DNA from: the human T2T-CHM13v2.0 reference genome, Homo sapiens
Assembly: GCF_009914755.1 (NCBI RefSeq)
Contig: NC_060948.1
Direction: 5' to 3' (one strand)
DNA length: 64,000 bases
Under the pieces are notes generated by a model that was not told where the DNA came from, ran no database searches, and saw only the letters and a list, made by a program, of their open reading frames with translations. Shown here one piece after another: positions 45,139 to 59,129 of the stretch (positions are counted from its first letter, which is position 1; each line of letters starts with the position of its first letter). The position numbers and the translations under genes are program-made.

Positions 45139-46296
45139 GTTTGTGTGAAGTTGATCTCTAGTGTTAATTTACAATTACTTAATATTTTCTTAGAAATTTA
45201 CTTAGGAAAGTAATAATAGGTTAAAAGGAAAGTGGGGGATATTCTTATTTCTGAATTCCAATATTCTCACCTTTAAAAACAGCTATATCTTTTTTAAAAA
45301 AGATGCTTTTTGATAGGGTACATTTTTATTTTGATTTATATTTTGGTAAGGTATTTCACTCCTTAGTTAACAGTGTCTCTTTTATTTTTCCAAGTTGTTA
45401 TCATTCCTTAAGTGTGATAGAGTTATTTTGCATTTGATGGTTTTTTTATTTGAACGTTCTTAAAAATAAAATTAAGAACTGCTTATTAAGCCAGTATGAG
45501 AAGGAATATTTTTAAATGGTGTTTGCTAAAATTCCTTTAAATTTAAAAACTAATTACCATAAAATAATTAGATGATCTAATAGTCAGATATTAATATAAT
45601 CATAAATTATATCCAAATTCTATAGCATGTGATACGAATAATAATCATATAACTAAATCATATAAGTATAACTAAAGTCAGTTACTTATTAACAATTTAA
45701 TGGCAATTACAGTTTTGGGGAAAGTTTACAGAATGAGCACAATCACGTTTTTTAAAAGTCTGATTCCACTTTCTTAACTGAAAAAATGTAAAATTGCTTT
45801 TTAATACTGTTTATTTTGCATCTTACCTATCAGAAGAGAATAAAGTAAGCAAGATTATACCAAGATAAATATTTTGGGGTATATTTTGACAGAAATGTGC
45901 ATTTTAGCATTTTTGTTGATATGTTCAAGCCGAAACTCATATTCCGTGTTTGAAAATAGTCTTAGTGAGTTGAGTTTTGTGGCATGAAAATAACTGAAGC
46001 ATTATTCATGTCTGTTGTGATCTATCATAAGTAGGAAGCTTTTTTTCAGCCTTCACAGAGATAAGATTAACAACAGAATTTGATTATTGCATTTCCAAGA
46101 TTGTGATGTTTGTTCACTGTTTAAAAGAAGCATGGTGTTCTAAAGATCCTAAATACAAAATAAGTTGTTTTAACTGTCATCCTCTGACTTAATAATAAAA
46201 TATTAAATTTTCAGGGTTTTTTTTAGCAGTCTGCTGAATATCATTGTGGTTTTTTCTTTTTTTAAAATTCTTTTTATTTACTTATTTATTTTTCAG

Positions 46297-46537
46297 AGCA
46301 TTTCGTGGCAAACACCTCTCTCTTATAGTTCGGTTTCCAAACCAGGGCAGACAGGTTGATGAGTTGGATATATGGTCTCATACGAATGACACAATTGGTT
46401 CAGTACGGCGATGTATTGTTAATCGTATTAAAGCCAATGTAGCCCACAAAAAAATTGAACTTTTTGTGGGTGGTGAGCTGATAGATTCTGAAGATGACAG
46501 AAAGCTAATTGGACAATTAAACTTAAAAGATAAATCT
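46297..46537 (+). CDS. USP9Y: USP9Y coding exon (~19), 241 nt; encodes most of the ubiquitin-like domain
   Basis: tttcag|AGCATTT ... AAATCT|gtaagt; [16 protein letters not shown]...[27 protein letters not shown], matching the USP9 UBL domain. Confidence 0.95.
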
Positions 46538-46573
46538 GTAAGTAAATACAGCTTTTAAATAAGTCATGAAACT

Positions 46574-46610
46574 TAAATGTTGAGGCTATATTAGTAAGCC
46601 TCAACATTTA
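46574..46610. repeat. Perfect 14-bp inverted repeat with a 9-nt spacer
   Basis: taaatgttgaggct-atattagta-agcctcaacattta. Confidence 0.95.
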
Positions 46611-46883
46611 TTATTAACGTATTATTTAGTAAATGTCTGTTGGGCATCTAACTATTATGTACAAACTTCTGTGTTGGTATCTAGATTATAATCACCTTGA
46701 ATAAGATAGATGTCACAGAACTTAAAGGAAATACAATTAAATGGTTATGTTAGACAGTAATTTTTAAATGTATTTCTAAAATTAAAGCCTAAGGTGTATT
46801 TTAACCTTTCAATGTATCTAGTTCCCATTACTTGTAGAAATGTTTTGCCTTGTCTTTGCTAATAAACACACTGTTATTTTCAG

Positions 46884-47033
46884 CTAATTACAGCCAAACT
46901 TACACAAATAAATTTCAATATGCCATCAAGTCCTGATAGCTCTTCCGATTCCTCAACTGCATCTCCTGGAAACCACCGTAATCATTACAATGATGGTCCC
47001 AATCTAGAGGTGGAAAGTTGTTTGCCTGGGGTG
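46884..47033 (+). CDS. USP9Y: USP9Y coding exon (~20), 150 nt; Ser-rich segment
   Basis: ttttcag|CTAATT ... GGGGTG|gtgagt; [29 protein letters not shown]...ESCLPGV. Confidence 0.95.
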
Positions 47034-47803
47034 GTGAGTAATTCTCTATTCAAAATATGAAGAAATGTGTAGAATAGTTCTTTTTCTGAGGAGCTTCATA
47101 GATTTATAGAGATTCATAAATGGGTCAAAATGTCAACGGTATAGTCAACTGTTAACTTCTGAGTGAATTTCTTAGTTGTAGGAATTTATAATAAAATTAT
47201 GTAGGTAGAATTAATCTGTTATAGCTTACGTATGGTATTAAATATATAGCTCTAGAAGGTACTACTATATTTTCAGTCTTTTAGGATAGTTTTAAAGAAA
47301 AATAGGATGTATTATTTTCTATGATTCTTAGAAATACATCTCATATGTAAAGGAACAACAGCTTCTACCTTTCTTAGCCTTTCCCTCAGCCTCTTAAAAA
47401 TTATGCCTACAATTATACCAGTCACTTCAGCATTAGGGAGGTTTAAGTCTCTGAAAAAATTGGATTAGGAATTTAATTCCTGAGGGAGTGAGGTGCCTTT
47501 TGTATAATCAGCATCTGAGTACTATGTGAAACTACAGTTTACAAAAAAATCGAAAAACTGTTGCAATGAAATTACTCAAAGTATATTAGAAAGCTTAATA
47601 TGTAATGTATAAATTTGCATGTTGAATCAATGGATTTATCAATGTAAAAATAGTCATTTGGGGTGGTATAAATGGTATATCCAGAAATGTGATTGACCAA
47701 TAGAAACCTTATTTGAAGGATAGAGAGTGGATAAATTTTCATTAACAAAAAACTTTTTGTAGCACAATTTGCAGGTAAATATTTTGTATATTCTGTATTC
47801 TAG

Positions 47804-47924
47804 ATAATGTCAGTGCATCCCAGATACATCTCTTTCCTTTGGCAAGTTGCAGACTTAGGTAGCAACCTGAATATGCCACCTCTTAGAGATGGAGCAAGAG
47901 TACTTATGAAACTTATGCCACCAG
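47804..47924 (+). CDS. USP9Y: USP9Y coding exon (~21), 121 nt
   Basis: ttctag|ATAATG ... CCAG|gtaaga; [40 protein letters not shown]. Confidence 0.95.
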
Positions 47925-49353
47925 GTAAGAAAATGGTCCATCCCCCTATTCCACAGAAAGGATGCTCATAACTACATGATGGATGAAAAAGAAAATATTA
48001 ACAAATTCTGTTTGCAAATCTAATATACTTTGTGGAATAGTCTCTAATGTTGAACATGTGTCTTTCATAGTGTTGCTGATGAAAATATTTTCATGGATGG
48101 GAAAATATTTAGGAGCATGTAATTTTCATGAAATACTTCTAGAAAACTAATACTTCAGAAAGTCAGGGTTCTTTCAAGGCTCCCAGTGATGAACAACAGT
48201 CTCCTACCTCATCCATCTATCAAAGAAAACTCACCCTCAAGGTTTACCTTTCATTACTGGATATACCACTTTTTTTCTAAGCACTATGCCCATGCTATTT
48301 TTGTGTGTCAGGTTTTAGACATTAAGTATTGACTTGTGAAAATGTATTTCTTATGCGTTACCGCATCCTTACTCTCTGGTCATGTCACAGTTTTTGTTTA
48401 AATCTATATGCATTGTTCACATTTTTAACACAATGTGAAAATACTACAATCTCCTAAGTTACTCACACATGATTATACTAGATTTTAATATTGCCTTTAT
48501 CATTTGCTTGGTTTTCTTGGTGTTAATTACTAAATTTTCTCATACTCCTTCCAGTAATTTCCTACAACAATTGTTCATGTGGTCAGATCTGTTATATCAT
48601 GTTTTCTTGGAGCATTTCATCTTCCTGCTGCCTTGTGCTTTGTTCTCTTTGACACAGCTATCATTCTGGGACTTCTGTATACAGCCTTTCCTTTGGTGGT
48701 CTTCTGGTGCTCCTTGGTCTTGCATCTTTCTTGAGTTAATCTTCATTTTGCCGAAGCACACCCTCCTAAAAATCGATACATGGAAAACAAGATTTTTTTG
48801 TTAAGACATTACTTTTCTGAATGCACCTAAACTCTCCCACATGCAGTAGTTTATTATTTGGTTGTTTTGTTTTTTTCTATTTTTTTACTTGGAGTTGGTT
48901 GAACATAGAGCTGAAAGTAGAACATCTGCAGTTTCATGGCAATATTGGCTGCTGGGAGGACTGAACCTGTTGTGTCTTAACTTTCTGTCTAGAAGCTTTG
49001 TTTTTAACTCTTTAGTTCTGAAATCTAATGATGAAGTGCCTTGGAATGGTAGTTTTACTTTGATTTTTTTGTTGTTTGTTGTGTGTACTAAGTAATCAAC
49101 AGATCTTGTTAGTTGAAAGAGTAGTTTCTTCAGCTGTGAGAAATTGGTATTTTTGTATAAATAGCATCTGATTTTGAACTTACTGTCATTAAATGGCTTG
49201 TATTTCTTGGCCTACAAATGAGCCATTTTCCAGCTCCAAGACTAAATTGGCCATTTACCTGATCACTGATTTCTTTTAGTGTAACATGTTCCATAGAAGA
49301 TAAAATATGGGCTCTCTAACATATAAATAAAATCTACCATATGTATATGTCTA

Positions 49354-52028
49354 TAGATGTGCCTTGGAGATACTGTGGTTTCCATTACCATACCACCACA
49401 ATAAAGTGTACCTCTCAATAAATCAAGTCAGACAAGTTTCTTTGTATCCCGGTGCGCATAAAAGTTTTTTACACTAGTATAAAACTAAAAGTTTTATACA
49501 CTATACACATAAAAGTTTTTTACACTATAAATGTGCAATGGCATTATATCTTTTTTAAAAGGTATACAGCAATTAAAAATACATTATTGCTAAAAAATAG
49601 TAACTATCTTGTGAGCCTTCAGCGAATTGTAACTTTTTGCCATTGAAGGGTCTTGCTTCAACATCAACTGCTGCTAACTGATCAGGGTGATGGTTGCTGA
49701 AGCTGGGGACATCTGTGTTGATTTCTTAAAAGGAGACAACAGTGAACTTTTCTGCTATTGACTCTCCTTTCTGGATAGATTCCCATGTAGCTTGGGATAG
49801 TATTTTATAGCATCTGACCCCAAGTAAAACTTATTTCAAAACTTGAGTCAGTCCTCTCAAACTCTGCTCCTGCGTTATCAACTAAGCTTATGTAGTGTAA
49901 TATTCTAAATCCTTTGTTGTCATCTCAACAGTATTCATATAATCTTTTCCAGGTGTAGATTTTGTCTCAAGAAACCACTTCGTTTGCTCAGCCATGTGAA
50001 GCAAGTTCATCTCTGTTAAAGTTTTATTGTGATATTGGCAGCAATTCAGTCACATCTTTAGGCTTCACTTCTAATTCTAGTTCTCTTGCTGTTTCCACTG
50101 TATCTGTAGTTCCTTCCCCGACTGATGTCTCAAAGTCATCCAACTTCTTCCAAACTCCCAGTAACGTTGTTATATTGACCTTTTCCCATGAATCGTGAAT
50201 GTTCTTAGTGGCATCTAGAAGGGAAAATACTTTCCAGAAGGCTTTCAACATAGTTTGCCCAGATTCAACAGAGGAATCACTGTCTATGGCAGCAACAGCC
50301 ATACAAAATGTAATCCTTTTTTTTTTTGAGACAGTTTCACTATGTCACCCAGGCTGGATTGCAGTGGTACCCTCTTGGCTTACTGCAATCTCCGCCTTTT
50401 AGGTTCAAGTGATTGTCCTGCCTTAGCCTCCAGAGTGGCTGGGATTACAGGTGTGTGCCACGACGTGCAGCTAATTTATCGTATCTTTTGTAGGAATGGG
50501 GTTTCACTGTTTTGACCAGGCTGGGTCTTAAGCTCCTGGCCTCAAGTGATCTGCCTGCCTTGGCCTACCCAAGTTCTGAGATTATGGGTGTAAGCTACCA
50601 CACCCAGCTATTCTTAAGTGATAAAGTGAAACTCACAATTACTCCATGGGCTGCATAATGGACATTGTGTCAGCAAGCAATGAAAACACCATTCATTTCC
50701 ACATACATCTCCGTGAGAGCTCTTGGGTTGCCAGATACATTGTCAATCAGCAGTAATACATTCAAAAAATCTTTTTTTCTGCATAGTAGGTCTCAACAGT
50801 GGCTTACACTATTCAATAGGCTATCCTGTAAACAGATGTGGTGTCATCCAGCCTTTGTTATTTTGCTTGTAGGGCACAGACGAAGTAGATTTCGCGTAAT
50901 TCTTAAGGACCCTAGGATTTTCGGGAATGGTAAATAAATATTGGCTTCAAATTAAATTTACCCATGACATTAGCCCCTAACAACAGAGTCAGCCTGTTTT
51001 ATAAAGCCTGGAAGCCAGGCATTAATCTCTCCTTTACAGTTAAGAAAGGTCTAGATGGAATCCTCTTCTACTACAAGGCTGTTTTGTCTGTACTGAAAAT
51101 CCATTTACTGTAGACACCATCGTCAATTATCTTAGCTCCATGTTCTAGGTAACTTGCTATAGCTTCACTTGGTGCTTCAACTTGTACTTTTATGTTTTAG
51201 AGATCGCTTCTTCCCTTAAACCTCATGAACTAACCTCTGCTAGTTTTAAGCTTTTCTTCTGCAGCTTTCTTTTCTCTCAGCCTTTATAGAATTGGAGAAA
51301 GTTAGAGCTTCACTCTGGTTTAGGCTTTGGCTTTTAATGGAAGGCGTGGCTGTTATTGATATATCCAGACAGCTAAAGCTTTCTTCTTCTTTTCAATAAT
51401 TCTGTTTCATTTTCTAATCTTTCCTATGTGTAGTGGAGCAACACTTCATTTTCTTCAAGAACTTTTCCTTTGCATTCACAACTTGGCTAACTGGTGTAAG
51501 AGATCCAGCTCTCAGCCCATTTCAGCTTTTGGCATGCTTTTCTTACTAAGCTTAATCACTAGCTTTTAATTTAAAGTGAGAGATATGTGACTTCCTTTCA
51601 CAAGAACACTTAGAACATTGTAGGGTTATTAATTGGCCTAATTTAAGCATTATTGTATATCAGGGATAGGGCGGCCTGAGAAGGAGGACAGATGGGGAAA
51701 GACCAGTCAGTGGAGCAGTCAGAATGCACACAGCATTTATTAAGTTTGCTGTGATATACTGGTGCAATTTATTGTGCCCTGAAACAGTTACAATAGGAAC
51801 ATCAAAGACTGCTGGTTACAGATCACCTAACAGATATGATAATAATGAAAAACTTTGAAATACTGTGAGAATTACCAAAATGTGACACAAGACACAAAAT
51901 GACCACATTCTATTGAAAAAATGGTGCTGATAGACTTGGATGCAGGGTTACCATAAGCCTTCAATTTGTATAAAACACAGTATCTGCAAAGGATAGTGAA
52001 GTAGAGCACAATAAAGCCAGGCTTATCT
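49354..52028 (-). mobile_element. Near-full-length Tigger1 DNA transposon (decayed)
   Basis: Termini gccttggagatactgtgg...accacaataaag and cagtatctgca...gcacaataaagccagg; ORF 50024..50302(-) AAIDSDSS.SGQ..LK.FWK.F..LDA.KNIHDSWE.V....L.GVWKKL is a Tigger1 transposase remnant. Confidence 0.9.
50317..50608 (-). mobile_element. Alu (J/Sx-like) nested in Tigger1
   Basis: Alu consensus. Confidence 0.9.
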
Positions 52029-52046
52029 ATCTATCTATCTATCTAT
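52024..52046. repeat. (TATC)5 short tandem repeat at the Tigger1 end
   Basis: Read directly. Confidence 0.85.
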
Positions 52047-53279
52047 GAATGAGATCACACCATTACCTCCAATTTTAGTTCAGTTCCGCAAGCTTCTTTT
52101 TGTTTCTTTTCTCTTTCCCTATACGAAAGTTTTGTCTCCAGGAGTGAGAAACCTGGCTGAGTATTATTCTTTAATATATTTACTTGTTTGATTAATCCTA
52201 TAGTTACCAATTATTTATCTTCTCTACCAACCTTTTCCTTGCCTAGATAACCTCCTCTTCACTTAGCTCTGGCTTCAGCCTCTAATGCCAGGCTGCCATG
52301 CAACATACAATTTAAGCAGAGTACTACTAGAAATAAGAGTTACTGACTTTGTGTATAATTTGGATGGCCCAGGTAGATGCCTCACTGTGACCAGCTCCTG
52401 TTTTGGAAGATATTAAGTATGCACAAAATGAAAAGAGAAATTGTTGGCTTAACAGCATTGAGATAAAGCAAGTGAATGATAGAATATTCTGAAACAGAGG
52501 GACTGCCATATAGGTGGAACATAAAAAGCATCAGCAGGTGATGTGGTCTGAGAGCATTACAAGGATGGGAATAGGTGTTCCCTTTTTATTTCTTAAGGTA
52601 GAGCTGAAAGCTTTTATGTATGTAGCACTCAAGCTAATGGTTTCTTTCTTTCTATCTGAAGGTTATACTTCTACTCTCTGGCTCTTCTTGCCTATGAGGG
52701 ATCCCATCTGCCAAGCTTAGCTTACACATTATACTAATATTATGACCCTCTTTGCCGATTGGAAATGAGCTAATTGGTATTATAGAAATGTGTTGTTATA
52801 CAACAAGCAAGCTTATTTCTCCAGCGCCTGTACCGAGTTTTGCTTGGTTTCTTCTGTTTTGCATGGTCGCCCCTGTCCACTGAATCTTTTTTTTCTTCTA
52901 TTAAAATATAACCAACTTTTGACATTGTAATAGTTTTAAAGTCATCATGAATAATACAGAGTGCTTCCATATACACTTCCAGATTCAGCAACTGTTAAAA
53001 TGTTGTCACACCTGCTGTATCATTCTTTCCTCCATATAATTCTTCTAACATTTGGAGAGGAAGTTACACATAACCTGTGTTTTTACCTAACTGTCTCAGT
53101 GTGTTTCCTTAGAACAAGAACATTCTCTTATATAACCACAGAAGAATTTATCAATATCAGGAATTACAACACCTTTGATGATATTGACATTGTTGAAAAA
53201 GACCAGTTTTGTACAATATTTCTCAAATTGGGCTTGCATGCCTTCTGACTATTACCATCAGGCAATTCACTTTTTAAAA

Positions 53280-54130
53280 GAAATTGTGGAAAAGTTACCA
53301 TACAGTTTATCATCTTAACCATTTTAAATTGTATAGTTCATTAGTAATAAGTGTTTTCACATTGTTGTGCAACCAGTCTCCAGAATTTTTTTCTTCTTAC
53401 AAAGCTGAAACTCAGTACCCACTAAAAACAACTCTTCTATTTCTTCCTGCTCCCCTACCCTCAAAGTCATCATTCTACTTTCTCTTTCTGAGTTTTACTG
53501 CTCTACGTAGCTCATGCCAATGAAATAATACAGTATTTTTCTTTTTGTGACCAGCTTGTTTCGCTCAGTAATGTCCTCACAGTTCATCATGTTTTAGCAT
53601 GTGGCAGAATTGTTTTGTTTTTAAGGCTGAATAATATAGTGCGGTTTGTGTATACTAGATTTTGTTGATCCCCTCATCTGTTGATGGACAGTAAAGTTGT
53701 TTTCAGCTTTTGACTACCATGAACCATACTTCCTTGAATATTTGTGTAGAAGTTTTGTTGGGGGCTTATGTTTGCATTCTCTAGGTTTTATATCTGGGAC
53801 TCAAATGGCTGGATGACAGTAAGTCTATGTTTAACTTATTGAGAGCTACCAAGTTTTTCCAAAGTGGCTGTACCACTTTACAATCCTCCCAGTAAGGTAG
53901 GAGTGTTACAGTTTCTCCTCGTCTTCACCAATACTACTTAAATGTTTTTTTGATTTGGTTATCCATTCTACTGATGTTGAAGTGGGATGTTAATATGGTT
54001 TTGTTTGCATTTCTTTGATGGCTAATGATGCTGAGCAATTTTTCATTTGCTTCCTAGCCATTTATCTATTTTTGAAGAAATGTCTGTTAACATCCTTTGC
54101 TCATTTTTAATTGATAATTTGTCATTTTAT
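53280..54130 (-). mobile_element. L1MA/MB-type 3' end
   Basis: tttaaggctgaataata, tcatctgttgatggaca, ttccaaagtggctgtaccactttaca motifs. Confidence 0.8.
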
Positions 54131-54480
54131 TATTCAATTATATGTGGTCAATGCTTGTATTATTTCTCTTTCCAGTTTTTGGTTTTGGGTTTTTTTTTTC
54201 CTTTCTGTCTGCAGTGGATGAAGGAGGATTTATTGATCTGAACTCTCTGGATAGGAAACCCTTCCCTTCATATTTTGTGTTGGCAGTTAAGGAGTCCTGA
54301 TTGATCACTAATCAGTCAGTTCAGTTCTAGTTATATATTGTAACATTTGATCTCAGCTTAATGAGATTTGTGGATATAATTTTTATTTATTTAAGATAAT
54401 ACTCTTCAAAATGGCAAATGTGAAACATTAATAACACATGAGTTACACTTTATTTTAGTCTGTGTCTTTTTCCTTTGCAG

Positions 54481-54611
54481 ATAGAACAGCTGTAGAAAAA
54501 TTACGAGCTGTTTGTTTGGACCATGCAAAACTTGGAGAAGGCAAACTTAGTCCACCCCTTGACTCTCTTTTCTTTGGTCCTTCTGCCTCCCAAGTTCTAT
54601 ACCTAACAGAG
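54481..54611 (+). CDS. USP9Y: USP9Y coding exon (~22), 131 nt
   Basis: ctttgcag|ATAGAA ... ACAGAG|gttggt; [44 protein letters not shown]. Confidence 0.95.
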
Positions 54612-54798
54612 GTTGGTTTTTGCCTTTGCAAAAATGTAATTTTTATATTATACGGTAATGTGAAGAACACTGATAAGACTGTAAAGAAAGTTTTTTAAAT
54701 AGTCGAATTTCTTAGCAATGATCAGAGGAGAAATAGATGTTACTAAGTTTTTTTTTAAATCCCTTTTAATATACTCTCCTTTTTTTTTTTTTTTCCAG

Positions 54799-55077
54799 GT
54801 AGTTTATGCCTTGTTAATGCCTGCTGGTGTGCCTCTAACTGATGGGTCCTCTGACTTTCAAGTTCACTTCTTGAAAAGTGGTGGCTTACCTCTTGTACTG
54901 AGTATGCTAATAAGAAATAACTTCTTGCCAAATACAGATATGGAAACTCGAAGGGGTGCTTATTTAAATGCTCTTAAAATAGCCAAACTGTTGTTAACTG
55001 CGATTGGCTATGGCCATGTTCGAGCTGTAGCAGAAGCTTGTCAGCCAGTTGTAGATGGTACAGACCCCATAACACAG
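54799..55077 (+). CDS. USP9Y: USP9Y coding exon (~23), 279 nt
   Basis: T15-ccag|GTAGTT ... ACACAG|gtaata; [10 protein letters not shown]...DGTDPITQ. Confidence 0.96.
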
Positions 55078-56986
55078 GTAATAAATGTTAAGAAACTTTT
55101 AAAAATATTTAGTCCTTACTATTTAATAAATGTAAACTCTGTAATAATTATTAATTATTACTATTTAATAAATGTAAACTTTTAAGTAGATGATGGAAAT
55201 AATTCAACAGATAGCATATTATCTTAGGGATTTTTTTGATTAAGTTGTATTTATATTAAAAATGTAAAGATTGACTGTTGCCTATCCTACTTTGAGTGAA
55301 CTTCCCAGTCTCTTTAAATCATTTTTTACTTTCAGTTGTTTAAAGTGTAATGAAAACTTCACCTGAATCTTTTGTTAAGTCATACCAAAAAGATACATAA
55401 AGACAGTTCGTCATAAAGGAGAATATATAATTGCCATGCAGCAAACCTCTCTTCCCACAACTGTGAATCTCTTTCTCCTTTGCTGTTAGCCTTGAGCAGC
55501 ATCACCAACAGTTCTCAAGAAGTGCTTAGATTGGATGCAAAAGATGAATTCAGTTCTAACTAAATTGAGTTCACTCACTTATGTTATAAAGGATGGTTTT
55601 ACTAATTACTGCTTGAAGATAAAATGGTTCAGGGATACAGATTATTACATTTAGATATATGTGAGGTGTTAATTAGGGAAATTTGGATAGTGACTGGATT
55701 ATCTGTATATTCTAGACTGATTAATTTTATTTTGGGTATGAGTCATGCTGTCATTATTGACCTAAGATAAAATGTCTCAGGTTTGCTTCAAAATAATTCT
55801 GGGGTAATATAATTCTGGGTTTGTTTCTTGGGGAGTCAGTGAAACAAGTTTAAACATTTGTTAATAATTATTGAAGCTAGATAATGGGTATTTGAGGATG
55901 TATTATATTCTTTTATCTGCTTTTATATATTTTTTGAAATGTTTCATTCAAAAAAAGGACAAAAAGAAGAAAGTGGTCTTGTACATGTCAATTTAGATAT
56001 TAATTTACAAAGCTCTGTCTCCATCCTGAGTAAGTTTTATTGCTTTATATTGTGGGCTTCATGCATATTTACATAAAAAAAGGTAGGGTTCTTATTATGG
56101 TCCTTGTTATGGGAGTTTACTGAAATACAAACAAGATATTTTTTGTATCTTTTTACATATTTCTTTCTGTATGCATGTTTAAGAAGTGTGCTACCAAAGG
56201 ACACAGAGATACATAATAATCTCTAATCATATTCTGGTAAGGAGCTTAAGGAAAATTAGTCTTTAAAATATGTTTAATGTACGACTGTCTACAATACGTA
56301 CAAGAGGTTACCTTTTGAGAAATTGGAAAACGCAAAGAAAATTCTGAGGGGTTTCTCTCATAGATTTAAAAGCTTTTTATGCTATTAAGTAAGATGTTGT
56401 AGTACTTTCTACACATTCCACACTTATTAATCCTTGATTACTATAATTCCTTTCCATGGAGAAGTTATGAATAGAGAATATTTGGTTCTGCCAGTATTAG
56501 AGTAAACACAGTTATTTTTGCATTTTGGAGCACTCCTAATCCTTCTTTTGCTACTGAGTTGAATTAGAGAGTTAATATATTACCAGTAATGTTAACAAGA
56601 CAATTTTGGTGTAAGAACAAGTGACACAAGACTTTGCTGACATGAAAAACTCTAGTTGGATTAGCAAAATTCAATTTGCAGTTTTAAAGCATTGTGTAAC
56701 TTTTTATTCAACAAGTAATTGATATTATGTATGTACTTAGTACCTAGTATAAAACAGATAATTGCTAGAGATGCATGTAGACCTCACATAATTTCTAAAT
56801 TTATTGGATATTAATGGTCAAAATATATTGAGCTGTTTCTTGTATGCCAGTCACTATGCTTTATCTCCTTTAATCACGAAGACAGCTATATTTGTTGAGC
56901 CTCTGCTATTACTTTCTATTTAGTAAGTGAAAATTGAGACCTGGAGCCATGAAGTAGCTTGGTCCAAAATGATAACCGTCAGCTGA

Positions 56987-57432
<446 letters not shown>

Positions 57433-57627
57433 TGAAAATAATATGTACATAACAGTTAAATTTTAAAATTCGTTGGTTGAAGTTGGAAACAGTGGCTGGA
57501 AGTATTTGATTTGTTCAGTCTTAACGCTTTGACCGCCTGACAGTTGCAGTAACATCTCCCCCAGGCTCTCGAATCTCTTAAAATATCTGTTTTAATATGG
57601 TCTTTTTAAACTTTTTTTAAACTTTAG

Positions 57628-57930
57628 GCCAGGTGTGGTGGCTGATGCCTATAATCCCAGCATTTTGGGAGGCCTAGGGGTGAAGATCACTTGAGGTCAA
57701 GAGTCCAAGACCAGCCTGGTCAGCATGGCGAAACCCTGTCTCTCCTAAAAATACAAAAATTAGCCGGGCGTGGTGATGTGTGCCTGTATTCCCAGTTACT
57801 GGGGAGGCTGAGGCAGGAGAATTGCTTGAACCCAGGAGGGAGAGGTTGTAGTGAGTCGAGATTTCACCACTGCACTCCAGCCTGGGTGACAGATTGAGAC
57901 TCTGTCTCAAATTTTAAGAAAATAAAATAA
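57628..57930 (+). mobile_element. AluS with TSD aaacttta
   Basis: Alu consensus. Confidence 0.93.
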
Positions 57931-58269
57931 AACTTTACTGTGTAAATAACAGCGGTAGAGAGGATAATAGGTTAAGCTGCGAGAAGCTTTAGCCTGTCTG
58001 TGAAATGAGCATTAGAATGCAGGTGGCATAATCAGCCTTGGGCAAAATAAGTAGCTTCCTAAAGACTAAGTCTGTAGATTTTAAAGGACTGTTTAATGGT
58101 ATCCTCAGTTTTCTCCATTGTATTATGGTAGGCCTAGTCACCTGTGGCAAAGGGGGACCAGGAGAAGTTTCTACCCAGAGACATGTTGTATCATTTATCC
58201 CCTGCAAATGAGCCCAAGTGCAGAAATAATAGAATTCATCTCAAATTGGAGTTTCCAGGGTGTTACTAC

Positions 58270-58468
58270 GTGTGTAGTTTATTTCACTTTGAGTAATATT
58301 CGATATTCAAGGCATGGTAATTCCACATTTTGTTAATTCGTTTGTTGATGGGCATTTGGATTGTTTCTAGTTTTGGCTGATGATGGGAGTAAAACTGTTA
58401 GGAAACTCATCAACATATCATAGAGCTTCTGTGGATATATGGTTTTATATCTCTTGGGTAAACACCTC
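58270..58468 (-). mobile_element. L1M 3' fragment, direct-repeat partner of 59254-59451
   Basis: gttgatgggcatttggattgtttctagttttggct motif. Confidence 0.7.
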
Positions 58469-58683
58469 CGTACGTCTATCACTTTGAAAGACAGCTCCAT
58501 AATGTTGGCAATGTGAAATAATTTTTATGCAAACCCCCATAAACTCCACAGGGGTAAGTGAAGGAATAACATGCCGAGGAAGTGGTGATGGATGAGGAGT
58601 AAAAATTTTTTTAATGTAAAAATTTTAGGGATTATGGTATATACAGTTTTTTCATTTGACGTAAAATGATTCACTTTTTTCAG

Positions 58684-58809
58684 ATTAACCAAGTTACTCA
58701 TGATCAAGCAGTGGTGCTACAAAGTGCCCTTCAGAGCATTCCTAATCCCTCATCCGAGTGCGTACTTAGAAATGAGTCCATACTTCTTGCTCAGGAAATA
58801 TCTAATGAG
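58684..58809 (+). CDS. USP9Y: USP9Y coding exon (~24), 126 nt
   Basis: ttttcag|ATTAAC ... AATGAG|gttagt; [42 protein letters not shown]. Confidence 0.94.
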
Positions 58810-59129
58810 GTTAGTATGAAAGTTAGACAGTTCTGGGATCTTGAATGATCTCTACTTAACACGTAAATAAATTAAGCTATGAGAATTTGAGGCTAAATAT
58901 TGTAGACCCAAAACACTTTAGTCTCTATCTCAATTTATTTAAAATTTCATAAAGTTATGTTTGACCTGATAGCTGCTGATAATATTAATATTAGAGCTTT
59001 AGAAATTTTGAAATTTTTAAATAAGCTTTCTGAGTTATAATTTACATTGCACAAACTAGATCAAATAAGTTTTAGTATATGTTTAAACTGCTCACACAAG
59101 CAAGGAATAGGACGTTTATAATGGCTCCA

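Noticed and set aside
47770-47803. AG|GTAA motif 29 nt upstream of the acceptor (a similar one at 61278-61283 is also 29 nt upstream)
   Set aside because: Either would frameshift if used as an acceptor and leaves too short an intron if used as a donor; the equal spacing is probably coincidence.
50024-50302. Transposase-like ORF (TIGD1-like)
   Set aside because: A 92-aa remnant of a decayed Tigger1, interrupted by an Alu.
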